From the IMG/VR virus record IMGVR_UViG_3300002835_000013: 64,000 nucleotides of DNA; one strand, 5' to 3'. The notes under the pieces are model-generated. The model searched no databases. It worked only from the letters and a program-made list of their open reading frames with translations, and was not told the DNA's origin. Position 1 is the first letter of the stretch; each line of letters starts with the position of its first letter. The DNA comes from a virus. A program made the translations under genes and the position numbers. Below, piece after piece: positions 47,023-58,047 of this stretch.

Positions 47023-48813
47023 TTAGAACTCTCTAGTAGGTTGTTTTCCTTTTAGTAAGTCCTTGATTTCGTCTCCGGTCAATGTCTCGTATGTTAGCAG
47101 ACCCTGTGCTAATGTGTCAAGTTCTTTTTTCTTTTCTTCTAGAATACGGCGAGCAGTATGATATCCATCTTCAACAAAACGCTTGATTTCCTCATCGACC
47201 ACTCGCTGTGTTTTTTCAGCAATCTTAGGAGTATGGAACATATCCGCATTAGGTGTTGTGTATGCCATTCTACCTAATGACGGAGAAAAACCATACTCGG
47301 TAACCATAGCACGGGCGAGTTGCGTTGCTTGCTGAATATCACCAGAGGCTCCAGAAGAAACCCTATCCTGACCAAAGATCATTTCTTCTGCTACACGACC
47401 ACCCATTGCCATTGCTAGTTGGGCAATCATTTCATCATAGTGTAGTGAGATGCGGTCACGATCTGGAAGAGACTGAACCATGCCTAGCGCACGACCACGT
47501 GGAATGATTGTTGCCTTGTGAATAGGAGTTGAACCTGGCATATTGAGAGAAACAAGAGCATGACCAGCCTCATGATAGGCAGTCATCTTCTTTTCTTCGT
47601 CAGATAGCAATAGCGTTCTATGCTCGGCGCCCATTAAAATCTTATCACGGGCATCCTCGAACTCTTGTCCAGTAACAATACGCTTTGACCGACGAGCAGC
47701 CAGAAGTGCCGCTTCATTGACAAGATTAGCTAGGTCAGCACCAGAGAAACCTGGTGTTCCCTTGGCAACTGTCTTTAGATCAACGTCAGGACCGATTGGA
47801 ACTTTGCGAGTGTGAACTTTCAAAATCTTTTCACGACCAACAAAGTCTGGATTAGGTACCTGAACCTGTCTATCAAAACGACCAGGACGAGTTAGTGCCT
47901 TGTCTAGAACGTCTACACGATTGGTAGCAGCAATGACGATAACACCAGCATTATCATTGAAGCCATCCATCTCAACTAACATGGCGTTTAGTGTCTGGTC
48001 TCTTTCATCGTTACCAGAGATGCCGTTTGCTCTTGAACGACCGACGGCATCGATTTCGTCAATGAAGATAATACAAGGAGCATTCTTCTTGGCTTGCTCA
48101 AACATGTCTCGGACACGACTAGCACCAACACCAACGAACATTTCAACGAAGTCAGAACCAGAAATGCTAAAGAAAGGCACGCCTGCCTCACCAGCGACCG
48201 CTCTTGCTAGTAGAGTTTTACCAGTGCCTGGAGGACCAACAAGCAAAACGCCTCTTGGAATCTTACCACCAAGACGCTCGAACTTTTGCGGATCCTGTAG
48301 AAACTCTACAACTTCCTGTAAGTCTTCTTTTGCCTGATCAACACCAGCAACATCTTCGAAGGTCTTGGTACCTGATGTTTCTGTTAGCAACTTGGCCTTA
48401 GACTTACCAAAACTCATAGGACCACCCATACCACCACCTTGACGGCGTGATAGGAAAATCCATAGACCGAAGAAGAATACAACAGGCAATAGATTTAGAA
48501 ATAGCGTGGTCCAGAAAGAAGCCTCAGGGCTATCCGACTTGACCGTAATGACTACGTTATGTTCTTCTAACTTAGGCATTAGATTAGATAGAGAGGCGAC
48601 ATAGGTAGTAAATGCTCTATTGTCAATCTTGTAATGTCCTGTGATTTCATTACTATTGATCGTAACGTCATGGACATTGTTGCGAGTAACTTGACTCATA
48701 AAATCTGAATATGTGATTTCGTTCGCAGCGTTGCGGCCTCTTGATTCCATAGAGAAAGCAAAAAGCACCAGACCAACGATTATGAACGCAATCCATGGAA
48801 TGTGTTTCTTCAT
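47023..48813 (-). CDS. ftsH: ATP-dependent membrane zinc metalloprotease
   Basis: Two TM helices, [26 protein letters not shown]. Confidence 0.97.
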   Translation of the reverse strand: MKKHIPWIAFIIVGLVLFAFSMESRGRNAANEITYSDFMSQVTRNNVHDVTINSNEITGHYKIDNRAFTTYVASLSNLMPKLEEHNVVITVKSDSPEASFWTTLFLNLLPVVFFFGLWIFLSRRQGGGMGGPMSFGKSKAKLLTETSGTKTFEDVAGVDQAKEDLQEVVEFLQDPQKFERLGGKIPRGVLLVGPPGTGKTLLARAVAGEAGVPFFSISGSDFVEMFVGVGASRVRDMFEQAKKNAPCIIFIDEIDAVGRSRANGISGNDERDQTLNAMLVEMDGFNDNAGVIVIAATNRVDVLDKALTRPGRFDRQVQVPNPDFVGREKILKVHTRKVPIGPDVDLKTVAKGTPGFSGADLANLVNEAALLAARRSKRIVTGQEFEDARDKILMGAEHRTLLLSDEEKKMTAYHEAGHALVSLNMPGSTPIHKATIIPRGRALGMVQSLPDRDRISLHYDEMIAQLAMAMGGRVAEEMIFGQDRVSSGASGDIQQATQLARAMVTEYGFSPSLGRMAYTTPNADMFHTPKIAEKTQRVVDEEIKRFVEDGYHTARRILEEKKKELDTLAQGLLTYETLTGDEIKDLLKGKQPTREF

Positions 48814-48824
48814 ATCATAGTTTC

Positions 48825-49901
48825 CTATACTGTTTCAACCTGTAAGGCTTCGTTATATACATCAATCATAAAGTTTTTCATCTTACCACTATCCAGAGGC
48901 AATGTCAACCCATCAATATATTTTCTGAGGATCGTTACTGTATCTTCTGCCTCATCGATTTCTTCCGCATCTTCACTATCTAGTAAAACGCTAGGATCTT
49001 CCACAATCTGAATATCCAGCGGGCCTGCTTTATAGATAGAATCAAAAAGCAAGTCAAAAGCATATGGATTGCTTTTGTTTACGACAACCAACTTTACATA
49101 GGTGTCTTTATACTTGCTAAAGTCTGTGTTCTGAATCTTCTCAATGATTTCGGGATTAGCCACATCATCATATTTGGCAATGCGGAACATCTTATGTGGA
49201 TTCTGAATGAACTCTAGTTTCTTGTTCCTACTATCCAGCGTAGAAAATCCTCTAGGGTCTCCGTAATCGTGCCAAGTATACTCACCAAAGGCCCCAATAT
49301 AAGTAATATTACCAACAGTGCTACGGTGGTGATAGTGACCTGAGTATACAGCGTCAAAGTTCTCAAATAGTTTGCGATCCAGTCCATGGTCCGATATAAG
49401 TCCTCTATGCATAGTAAAGCCGTTCAACTCAAGGTGACCCATGAGAATAGATGCTTTGGGATGTTTGATTGCTTCTAATGCTTCCTCACGGTTAGAGTCC
49501 GTGATCCATGGCATTATTTGAATATCAAGGCCGTCAATGTTAATAACCCGAGGTACAGAATGAGTATGAATATACCTATACTTTCCTGCGACCAGTTCAT
49601 CTAACGCATTAACCTCGTGCGTATCCTTGTAATAAGAGTCATGATTGCCTTGTATAATGTGAGTTTCAATTCCTCTCTCCTCTAGTGGCTCAAAGAAATC
49701 TTCCCGCAATCTCTTGGCGGACATAAAGTTCACATACTTGCGACGATCATAGATATCACCAAGATGGATGACATGCTTGATGTTATTAGCATCGATGTAA
49801 TCAAAGAACCACTTCCAACACTTCTTTTGATAAGCCTGAAAGGCAGGATTATCGTTTCTGATACCAGCGTGAGTATCAGTAGGCATCGCAATCTTTACCA
49901 T
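48825..49901 (-). CDS. gp47: SbcD/Mre11-like nuclease subunit
   Basis: TDTH, HLGD, GNHD, SGHYH. Confidence 0.96.
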   Translation of the reverse strand: MVKIAMPTDTHAGIRNDNPAFQAYQKKCWKWFFDYIDANNIKHVIHLGDIYDRRKYVNFMSAKRLREDFFEPLEERGIETHIIQGNHDSYYKDTHEVNALDELVAGKYRYIHTHSVPRVINIDGLDIQIMPWITDSNREEALEAIKHPKASILMGHLELNGFTMHRGLISDHGLDRKLFENFDAVYSGHYHHRSTVGNITYIGAFGEYTWHDYGDPRGFSTLDSRNKKLEFIQNPHKMFRIAKYDDVANPEIIEKIQNTDFSKYKDTYVKLVVVNKSNPYAFDLLFDSIYKAGPLDIQIVEDPSVLLDSEDAEEIDEAEDTVTILRKYIDGLTLPLDSGKMKNFMIDVYNEALQVETV

Positions 49902-50294
49902 CGTCTAAACCATTCCCAAAAGTCTAAAAGTATATTCTTGGATACAGTATACACCAGAAAAATGATTTCGTCAATCCTCTCGGGTAGCCATTTTATACGT
50001 TTCAATCTCTGATTCCCTTAGCCATCCCAAAGTTGCCATCCGCTTCATGATCTTTTCTTTGTCTTGTGGATTGATAGGAACAGGTTCTACTATCTTATCG
50101 CAAAACCATTCTATGTTCTGGTCAATCTCCTTGACGAAATCATCTATATCCATTACCGCTGCCCCTTCTTATATCGAGGTGGTCGAACGGTACCCATCTC
50201 AACATCATATTCCATGATAGCTTTCTCACAGGCACGTTTGATGGATTCTAATCTCATACGATAGTTACCACGAACATGCACCCGTTCTTTCTTG

Positions 50295-50912
50295 TCATTT
50301 AGATTCGTTATTAGTGTCTGCACCTGGAACGGCACATCGAACTTCGTCTCTTCCTTCATCTTCATCTCCTACGAACTTCTCTAGTCCTTCTTTAGTCAGT
50401 TTTCTCTTTTCCTTCTTGGCAAGTTCTCTTGCCTCAAAGTTTTTGATGAACTCGTTTAGATTATCATACATCGTTGTGGAAATCAAGTGGTTGTCATCGC
50501 CGTCAACCATCAAATCCGCATCGTTGGTATATAACACGCTTTCTTGGAACTTCTTATACATTATATATCTATTCTTTTCCTCTTTAGAGATGCGTCTATG
50601 GAAAGCATAGTAAATAATTTGTGTGAAGTATGCGAAAGGATTTTGACTGATATCAGGATTGAAGTTGTCGAAGTATAGGAAGCAGTTCTCTAATGCGTCC
50701 GACTTCATTTCATCAATAAAGGAATAGTTCATGAACCTTGGCTTGCGTGCTAGATTCTCGGTAATCAACCATATACATTTGCCGCAGTATTCAGTGACAC
50801 GTGGCTTTTCGAGCCCTGCCTCCTTAGCATCGGCGCATCTCTTTTTATAATCCAGAATGTCTTCCAGAAACTTTTGGTTATCTACATAATGATTTGTTTT
50901 CTTTTTTGTCAA
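50295..50912 (-). CDS. gp55: late-transcription sigma factor
   Basis: HYVDN, FMNYSF, NPFAYFTQIIYYAF. Confidence 0.94.
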   Translation of the reverse strand: MTKKKTNHYVDNQKFLEDILDYKKRCADAKEAGLEKPRVTEYCGKCIWLITENLARKPRFMNYSFIDEMKSDALENCFLYFDNFNPDISQNPFAYFTQIIYYAFHRRISKEEKNRYIMYKKFQESVLYTNDADLMVDGDDNHLISTTMYDNLNEFIKNFEARELAKKEKRKLTKEGLEKFVGDEDEGRDEVRCAVPGADTNNESK

Positions 50913-51673
50913 TTTTGATCTCCAAATCCGAAAGGACATCCAGACTTTCTTTTATCATTTCTGTGTAATAGCTTGTTTACTGCTTTCCAACCAGAATAGT
51001 AAGATGTCGAATGTCTAAACATATTATCATACTCAAATCTAGAAATCAAGTGATTTTTTACTTTCAGCCTTTTATCCGATAGAGGAATGATATGAACTAG
51101 AGGCTGACCAACAGGAACAGTGTATTCTGCGACCTCATTTGGAATCATTATATTGACATTAGTATATCCATTGAGTCTATAGTCCACGACTCCAGGAACA
51201 ACTCTAAAGTTATAGTCTTCCATGGACCACATAGCACCATTGAAATGGAACTTGATGCCTTGTTTCTCACGGAAGATCCAAGGACTTGTTAGTTTTAGAT
51301 GATAGAAGTTTCTGAAACCTTCGCCTAACTGAAAACGAGGATGCTCGGAAGGTTTATCTCCACTGGAATGCATATACTTGAAACCATTATCGACAGATAT
51401 CTGAAGTCTTAGATCGCACCAGTTTTCGAGAATGGCGCCTCGCTTATATAACTCAATAAAGCCATAGCAGCTTTTCATTGTTAGTGATTTGCGAGGAGGT
51501 GAGAAGTATTTCCAATCGTATGACAATCGACCTGAATCTAGATTTTTCCACCAATCGGGCGCTGCCTTTGCCGCTGAAACAATAGGAGTCAACTCATAGA
51601 TATGACCCATATAGGTAAAGCAGTCAAGATGTATCACCGGTGTTCGATGAAAAAAACTAAACATTTTTATCAC
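50909..51673 (-). CDS. conserved phage hypothetical protein
   Basis: PDWWK, TMKSC.G, KLTSPW, GQPLVHIIP. Confidence 0.75.
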   Translation of the reverse strand: MIKMFSFFHRTPVIHLDCFTYMGHIYELTPIVSAAKAAPDWWKNLDSGRLSYDWKYFSPPRKSLTMKSCYGFIELYKRGAILENWCDLRLQISVDNGFKYMHSSGDKPSEHPRFQLGEGFRNFYHLKLTSPWIFREKQGIKFHFNGAMWSMEDYNFRVVPGVVDYRLNGYTNVNIMIPNEVAEYTVPVGQPLVHIIPLSDKRLKVKNHLISRFEYDNMFRHSTSYYSGWKAVNKLLHRNDKRKSGCPFGFGDQN

Positions 51674-51691
51674 TTTCTGTCATTTTAGGGG

Positions 51692-51720
51692 TTGACAAGG
51701 TTTTGAAACATGGGTATAAT
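51692..51720 (+). promoter_or_regulatory. perfect-consensus sigma70 promoter facing against the gene flow
   Basis: TTGACA-17 bp-TATAAT. Confidence 0.8.
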
Positions 51721-51766
51721 ATGCTTTGCATTAACACCACTGCTATAGAAATTCAAACAAAATGCA

Positions 51767-51803
51767 GTAGTCGAGCGAAGCGAGACAGTTGCGAAGCAAC
51801 TAC
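51767..51803 (+). repeat. twin GCGAAGC mini-hairpin element
   Basis: GTC-GA-GCGAAGC-GA-GAC and AGTT-GCGAAGC-AACT. Confidence 0.65.
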
Positions 51804-52099
51804 TTAGCAGTAACACCTGGTTCCGTTAGCATTAGCAATTTGTCTATCTGCTTTTTAAGCACAGGTCCGCGGTCAGGCCACTTGATGATAGGCTGATCGG
51901 AATTCTTAGCAAGGTTCTGTAGAAGTGGAAGATAAATCTTGCGGACCGCTTCCAGTCTTTTCTTGAGGTCTGCTATTTCATCCGAAACAGGTGCTATCGC
52001 TTCCGCTACTATATCATCTTCATTTCCAAATGTAAAGCCGAAATCATCCACTAGGTCTGCGTCATCTAGTGTAAGATACTCGTTTGTATTAGCAGGCAT
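51800..52099 (-). CDS. conserved T4-like hypothetical protein
   Basis: DDFGF...PLLQNLAKN..IKWPDR. Confidence 0.8.
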   Translation of the reverse strand: MPANTNEYLTLDDADLVDDFGFTFGNEDDIVAEAIAPVSDEIADLKKRLEAVRKIYLPLLQNLAKNSDQPIIKWPDRGPVLKKQIDKLLMLTEPGVTAK

Positions 52100-52491
52100 T
52101 AGTGAAGTGTCCTCTTAGTTAAAATGTCTTGCAGATTTTCCACAAAAGATTCCTCTTCTGGTTCAGGAGCAGGTTCTTTCTTTACTGAAACTAAATCTGT
52201 TACATTCTCCCAATAGTATTTATTCATCGTCTCAGAGACGTTGCTAACGAGCAATACGTCCTCGGCATGAATGGTGAACTCTTGATGTTCACATATTCTA
52301 GGAAAGACCCATGGTAGAAACGATACCGAAAGATATCCTACATGGGTTGTATGTGAGTAATAGACTTTCAGAGGATTGTATAGCATATAAAGAATACCAT
52401 CTTCATCCTCCATTTCTATCACATCGGCTATAATATCATCACCGTTGGTTAGTCTAACTAACTTAGCAATAGGGTAATCATCTTCCATCAT
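52099..52491 (-). CDS. conserved T4-like hypothetical protein (Sm-like)
   Basis: VRLTNGDDIIA...NP...PW; follows uvsW. Confidence 0.75.
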   Translation of the reverse strand: MMEDDYPIAKLVRLTNGDDIIADVIEMEDEDGILYMLYNPLKVYYSHTTHVGYLSVSFLPWVFPRICEHQEFTIHAEDVLLVSNVSETMNKYYWENVTDLVSVKKEPAPEPEEESFVENLQDILTKRTLH

Positions 52492-53960
52492 CTCACCATG
52501 CTTATTTTATATATTTTGAATTTGAATTGTTCTTCGTTGTATGTCTTGATTCTTTCGAAGAAGTGTTTGAGAGTAAAGTTCTCTCTGGACTTCCAGCTAA
52601 AGTCGTCGGCAATATCATAGAGGGTGGCGGATTTCTTTGTGTCACTAACCCGAAGGCCTCTACCGATTGATTGTAGGTTACGAATCTTGGACTTGGAAGG
52701 AGATGCAAATATGACGTTATCGAGGGCCACGATATTAGTGCCAGTGCTAAGAACACCAACGGAGCCAACAATAATGGCAGATTGCTCGCTTTCAACGATT
52801 CTACGAATTTGTTCTCTGTCTTCGACATCTGTTCCTCCATGTATAAAGAAGACCTTTCGTCCTTCTTTGGCTTTTTCTTTTAGCATGTCATACAAAACCT
52901 TACCATGCTTATCAACATAGTTGAATAGCAAAAGCGTATTGCCTTCCAATGACAATGCTAGATTACAAACAAACTTGTTCCTATCCTTATTAGATACAAT
53001 ATAATCAATCTCGGATTTGTAGTCCGCAGATTTCATATACTTACATTCTTCCTCACTATACTTTAGCAACAGGCATTTGATTGTCAGTTCCGCCAGTTGC
53101 TTCTTCTTCATTAGTTCGGCAGAGGTTGTTGCTTTGTAAATCTGACCGAACAAACCAATCAACTGCCATTCATGCGTCTTGGAACCTGATAGTGTTCCTG
53201 TAACACCAACTCTGTATTGTGCTTTAGTGCATTTGCTAACAATCTCTGTTAGAGACTTTGCTTGCGCCTGATGAACTTCGTCACAGATAACATAATCAAA
53301 CTGTTCGAAATATTCTTTAGGCATTCTTTGAAGTGATTGCCATGTGGATATGACAATAGGCTTTTTAGAAACTTTGTCCTTGCCTGAATAGACACGATGA
53401 CAATACTTCTCCATGTCTTTACCATTCTTTACAGAATAGTCGTCAAAGTCAGAATACATCTGTTCTACAAGAGCCGATCTAGGAACGATTAGTAGTCCTC
53501 GCTTACCTTGCTTAAGGAGATAATTACATAGAAGATATAGCAAGAGAGACTTGCCGCTACCAGTAGGAGAAAGAACAATTCTACGTTTGGATCGTATGAC
53601 ATGAACGAATGATAAAATTTGATAATCTCTGGGATAATGCTTAGGATTGAGTCCATCAATATATTCCTTTGCCTCTTCTACTGAAAAGGAGTTGTCTAGG
53701 TCTTCGTCTTTATACTCATAGGTATAACCACGGTCTGTTGCCCACTTGATTACCTGTGGTGCTAGACCACGATAGATTTGTCTGGATTGTGGATTGAACA
53801 TTCTTAGATATCCATCCCATAGTCTTTGTCTATAAGATGGAATAAACTGAAAGCCAGGTGGACGAAACGAAAAAGCGTCTCTAAGTTCCCATGCGACCGA
53901 TTCGTCACATTGGATCTTGATATAAGATTCGTCGTGGTTGTAGATTATCAAATGAGTCAT
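52488..53960 (-). CDS. uvsW: SF2 DNA helicase
   Basis: WDGY, RDYQ, SPTGSGKS, DEVH, LQSIGRGLR. Confidence 0.96.
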   Translation of the reverse strand: MTHLIIYNHDESYIKIQCDESVAWELRDAFSFRPPGFQFIPSYRQRLWDGYLRMFNPQSRQIYRGLAPQVIKWATDRGYTYEYKDEDLDNSFSVEEAKEYIDGLNPKHYPRDYQILSFVHVIRSKRRIVLSPTGSGKSLLLYLLCNYLLKQGKRGLLIVPRSALVEQMYSDFDDYSVKNGKDMEKYCHRVYSGKDKVSKKPIVISTWQSLQRMPKEYFEQFDYVICDEVHQAQAKSLTEIVSKCTKAQYRVGVTGTLSGSKTHEWQLIGLFGQIYKATTSAELMKKKQLAELTIKCLLLKYSEEECKYMKSADYKSEIDYIVSNKDRNKFVCNLALSLEGNTLLLFNYVDKHGKVLYDMLKEKAKEGRKVFFIHGGTDVEDREQIRRIVESEQSAIIVGSVGVLSTGTNIVALDNVIFASPSKSKIRNLQSIGRGLRVSDTKKSATLYDIADDFSWKSRENFTLKHFFERIKTYNEEQFKFKIYKISMVR

Positions 53961-54406
53961 TATTTACCGGATGTGAGTTGTAGATACTTTACATAGTTTC
54001 CGAGATCCCACGTTCTGGAGTGTAGCGACTTTAGAACATTCTCGCAGTATGCCACAATTTCTTCGTGTGCGATCTTCTTGAGCAACAGTTTATTTAGTTC
54101 TCTGTCAGTCTCAAGTTTTCTGGCAACCTGTGGGTTAGTGAGAACATGCTGACACGGCTCCCAACCATATTCATCAAGGTCTTCTTTAGCCATATGGCCC
54201 TGATAGTATTCCTCACGAAGGCCTTTCATGATCTTGTAGTCGGCTTCCATCTTTCTTGCCAAATGTCTATGGTGAGACATAACATTTAGATATTTACCGT
54301 GTAGGTGAGAAATCTTTAGAAGTTCTTTTTCCATAGATGTGGAATCGATGACGGAATCATTCGACCATTCCTTCATCAGGATATCAATAGTTACCGGTGC
54401 TTTCAT
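53960..54406 (-). CDS. uvsY: recombination mediator
   Basis: Position, size, DSVID..LHGKY..YY.G motif. Confidence 0.88.
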   Translation of the reverse strand: MKAPVTIDILMKEWSNDSVIDSTSMEKELLKISHLHGKYLNVMSHHRHLARKMEADYKIMKGLREEYYQGHMAKEDLDEYGWEPCQHVLTNPQVARKLETDRELNKLLLKKIAHEEIVAYCENVLKSLHSRTWDLGNYVKYLQLTSGK

Positions 54407-54454
54407 AATAAACTCCTATTCACAATCACATTATAACACATCATCTATGGAAAG

Positions 54455-54979
54455 TCAAAGTCTTTCTATTTCAAATCTATCGTAACGGAATGTGATATCA
54501 CAGGTAGGAATGGTATCAGCGTCCACTTTGGTGTCGAAGTTGATTCCACTTAGAGCGGTAGGATGACAATTGAGAAACTTGATACGCATATTAGGATTAT
54601 TTGCGTTCGTATTGATAGTTAGATAGCCGTCAAAGTATAGATTTGTAGCAGGTCTTTTAATGGTTTGACGAAGATACTCCTCATACTCTTTTGGACGAGT
54701 TAGTCCTTTGAGCCACTTATATGTTTCTTCCCAAAGACGTAAGTCCTCGTCAATTAATGCTGTAAGAGTTAGACCTTCATATACGAGTTTATCACCATGT
54801 CTATATGTAGCGGCAAAAGGAGTTGGAACCATAACTTCTGTAGTGCTAATGCCAGGTAGAGTTACTGTCTGGCAGAAATACTTTAGAAATGGCATATCTG
54901 GAATAATGAAAGTATACTTCGTCGTTTGCAGCAACGATGTATTTTCAGGTGTGTTCTTTGTATATTCTTCGAATGCCAT
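54455..54979 (-). CDS. gp3: tail tube terminator/completion protein
   Basis: FCQTVTLPGI, IDEDL, gp19-like fold; late promoter at 54996-55003. Confidence 0.8.
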   Translation of the reverse strand: MAFEEYTKNTPENTSLLQTTKYTFIIPDMPFLKYFCQTVTLPGISTTEVMVPTPFAATYRHGDKLVYEGLTLTALIDEDLRLWEETYKWLKGLTRPKEYEEYLRQTIKRPATNLYFDGYLTINTNANNPNMRIKFLNCHPTALSGINFDTKVDADTIPTCDITFRYDRFEIERL

Positions 54980-55009
54980 GGCAGTCCTCCACTATTATTT
55001 AGTAGACAT

Positions 55010-55035
55010 AAAAAAAGCGGGGCCGAAGCCCCGCT
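55010..55035 (-). terminator. intrinsic terminator after gp23
   Basis: GCGGGGC-TTCG-GCCCCGC-TTTTTTT. Confidence 0.9.
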
Positions 55036-55058
55036 CTTAGTTTAATCGCATCTAACTC

Positions 55059-56423
55059 TTAGGAAAGATTGCGAACACGGAAGATGCGGTAATAGATGTT
55101 AGCCTGGTTAGCTGTGTTTCTATCGCCGACAACACCGTCACCAGCTGCGGTAGCAAATGGGTTTGCAACCATGCCGTAACGGGTCTTGAAGCCAATCTTT
55201 GGCTGGAAGCTATCCTGACCGACAGCACGAACCATCTGTAGTGGAACGTATGGGCAGTAGAATAGACCAGCGTCATAAGGAGATGTTCCCTTATAACCAA
55301 CGGTTACAAGTTCGTCACCGTTAGCAGAACCACCGAAGTAAGGATCGATGTAAACCTTGATGCGGCCGCCGTGTAGAGTACCAGCAAAGGTATTGCCAGT
55401 ATCGTCAACGGTTAGGTCGGCAGATAGAGCAGGTGTATAAGAAAGAACACCAGCCATAGCCATAGCAGAAGCAATGTCAGAAGAAACGATTAGGACGTTA
55501 CCCTTACCACGACGGGTTGCCTTAGCAAGAGCATTACACTCACGCTCGATGTGGAAAATTAGACCCTTGAACTTCTCAACTGACCAACGGCCGTTTGAGT
55601 CTGTGTCAAGATCGAATGTACCAGCGGTTGTAACACCATACTGGGCACCGATTGTAGCAGAACGATAAATTGTGCGGATAACCTCACGATTGATTTCAGC
55701 AAGAATCTCTGTGGAGAGAATGTTTGCTAGTTCTGTTTCAGCATCAAGGCCGTGAACTGCCTTAAGATCCTGAGCAAGCTCGGTGGTGTATTCTGCCTTT
55801 AGCGCACGGCTGCGAGCAGTAACAGTGACCTTATCAATGTTGAATGCCATTTCAGCAAATGCGTTACCAGCTGTACCGTCACCGAGTGCTTCTGCCTGTG
55901 ATGTGGACATACCACGACCAACGCCGAATACGTCTGAATCAAGTAGATCCAATACTGGATTGGTGTTACCTGTTGCACCACTTGTTGTGTTGGCAAGACC
56001 ACCAGCGGCATTCTGACCAGAGAACGCTGTGTTTGCCTCGAAGAATAGTGCTTCACCAGTTGAACCTGCACCCTGTGCCTGCTGCTGCTTATAACGTGAA
56101 CGCATAGCAAAGATAAGGCCTGTTGGACCAGACATTGGCTGAACGCCGCAGATGTCATAAGCGATTAGGTTAGGAAGCGCACGACGAACTAGGGAGATAA
56201 GAATTGGGTCGTATGAACCAATTGCAGTACCAGAACCTAGGCCACCACCAGAGTTGGTAGGAGCAGCTTCGTTTAGAGTGCGAGCCTCTTCTGCCATTGC
56301 CTTTTCCTGGTTCTCAAGAATAATGGCAGTAACAGCACGACGATAAGAATCCTTAATTGGATTGAGACCATTGTGGTCTAGAACTGGGGACCACTTGTTC
56401 TCAAGATTTTCTGATAGATACAT
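55059..56423 (-). CDS. gp23: major capsid protein
   Basis: KWSPVL, GVQPMSGPTGLIFAMR, ELAQDLKAVHGLDAE, FQPKIGFKTRYG. Confidence 0.99.
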   Translation of the reverse strand: MYLSENLENKWSPVLDHNGLNPIKDSYRRAVTAIILENQEKAMAEEARTLNEAAPTNSGGGLGSGTAIGSYDPILISLVRRALPNLIAYDICGVQPMSGPTGLIFAMRSRYKQQQAQGAGSTGEALFFEANTAFSGQNAAGGLANTTSGATGNTNPVLDLLDSDVFGVGRGMSTSQAEALGDGTAGNAFAEMAFNIDKVTVTARSRALKAEYTTELAQDLKAVHGLDAETELANILSTEILAEINREVIRTIYRSATIGAQYGVTTAGTFDLDTDSNGRWSVEKFKGLIFHIERECNALAKATRRGKGNVLIVSSDIASAMAMAGVLSYTPALSADLTVDDTGNTFAGTLHGGRIKVYIDPYFGGSANGDELVTVGYKGTSPYDAGLFYCPYVPLQMVRAVGQDSFQPKIGFKTRYGMVANPFATAAGDGVVGDRNTANQANIYYRIFRVRNLS

Positions 56424-56457
56424 TTTAGTTTCCTTCTTTCTATTTTAACTAGTTAAA

Positions 56458-58014
56458 TTATCTTGGAAGAGTTCTTCCGAGTGCTTTTACATAGTTGGCC
56501 ATTGGACCATTTAGGGTGCCTTCAGTTAGGGCCTGTGGGTCGTTTGATGACTCAACCTTGTCTAGAACGTTGTCGCTCTTGACTGCAACTGGGAAGTAAT
56601 TCTCCCTAAGTGTCTCGATTTTATCGATAAACTCTTCATCGGAAGTATAAGCAACGTTTTCTAGTAGAGAAGATAGCTTCTCTGCCTGAACGTCTGTTAG
56701 ACCTTCACAAACAGAACCGATTAGCTCTGCCTTGCGGGCCTCAGCTAGAACGCCGGTTAGTTCGACATTGCGCTGAATTTCTTCATTTAGTTTAGCTTCT
56801 AGTTCCTCAACTGTTGCTGATAGTTCTTCAACTACATCAACTGAATCTTCTGGAACGTCGATATAATGTTCTGCGAATAGGGCACGAAGACCAGAAATGA
56901 AATCTTCTGTTAGCTCGCTACGGAGAGCGGACTCAACAGCAACTTCATTTTCTTCAATCCACTGTTCAACAACATAGTTTAGATAGTCGTCAACATTGGA
57001 AGCAAGTTCTTCCATGATTTCGTTGACTCTCTCCTCTAGAGTTTCGGTATAAGCCTGTTCTAGTAGAGCAACTTCTTCTTCTAGCTTTGCTTTTACAGCG
57101 GCTTCGAAAATTGTTGTAGCCTTAGCATGGAACTCCTCGGATAGGTTCTCACCTTCTAGAAGTGCATTGACATGCTCCTGCATATCAACTTCATAAGACT
57201 CCATAGCCTCGTCTAGTTCGATATCTTCTTTGGCCATGACCTTGGCACCACCTCTGAGTTTCTTTCCAGAAACCTGCATACCCTTGCCTCTTTTGGCCAT
57301 AGTTTTATCTTCATAATCGGAATCACCGCCGTAGTAACCTATTTCGCCGGCCATTTGTCTTGCTTTGTTTCTATATCTGTTTGCAAGTCCCTTGGAGATT
57401 TCGTCAATCTGTTCCTCTTCCTCGGAAATGAACTCAAAGTTTTCGTCGATAGCAGCAAGAATTTCTTCTTCTGATAGACCAGCCTCGATGCCTTCGTTGA
57501 TGAAGTCTTCTAGCTCTTCGGAAAGCTCTAGCTCCTCTTCTTCCTCAAGCTCCTCTTCTTCCATACAAGAAGAAGCCTTGCGTGCCTCCTTAAGGGCCTT
57601 TAGACGCTCGGCTAGAGAAACTTTATCCTCTTCGGAGAATACTTCTCCGTCAACTTCTTCGTCCTCTGCTAGTTTCTTTGTTGGCTCTGCGTTTGTGCCA
57701 GAACCCTTTACAGAGGTGTCTCTTTTCTTACCACCAGCTGCCTTAGCACCTAGATTATCTGTTGCAACGGATGTTGGTGTAGCTCCACCTAGATCCTCTG
57801 CGCTGCCTGTTGGATCAGGTGCGCCTGGATTTGGGTGACGGCCTTCAACGGCCTTAGAGCCTGGACGTAGTGTCTTAGCGTTTGCTGTGGATGCTGTAGA
57901 AGGGTCAACTGGATTTGGGTTAGAAATCTTACCTGGGGAAACCTCAGGATAAAGACCCTCATTCAGTGTCTTACCTTCTAGAACAGCCTTAGCTGCTTCT
58001 GTTAGTGATGCCAT
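56458..58014 (-). CDS. gp22: prohead core scaffold protein
   Basis: LSEEF..KATTIFEAAV, VDDYLNYVVEQW, LRENYF; late promoter at 58036-58043. Confidence 0.95.
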   Translation of the reverse strand: MASLTEAAKAVLEGKTLNEGLYPEVSPGKISNPNPVDPSTASTANAKTLRPGSKAVEGRHPNPGAPDPTGSAEDLGGATPTSVATDNLGAKAAGGKKRDTSVKGSGTNAEPTKKLAEDEEVDGEVFSEEDKVSLAERLKALKEARKASSCMEEEELEEEEELELSEELEDFINEGIEAGLSEEEILAAIDENFEFISEEEEQIDEISKGLANRYRNKARQMAGEIGYYGGDSDYEDKTMAKRGKGMQVSGKKLRGGAKVMAKEDIELDEAMESYEVDMQEHVNALLEGENLSEEFHAKATTIFEAAVKAKLEEEVALLEQAYTETLEERVNEIMEELASNVDDYLNYVVEQWIEENEVAVESALRSELTEDFISGLRALFAEHYIDVPEDSVDVVEELSATVEELEAKLNEEIQRNVELTGVLAEARKAELIGSVCEGLTDVQAEKLSSLLENVAYTSDEEFIDKIETLRENYFPVAVKSDNVLDKVESSNDPQALTEGTLNGPMANYVKALGRTLPR

Positions 58015-58047
58015 AATTAGATTACTCCTTTTCCTTATTTAGTAATT

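Noticed and set aside
44724-49901. Intron or intein splitting gp46/gp47
   Set aside because: Both genes are intact; HNH and ftsH are free-standing insertions between them.
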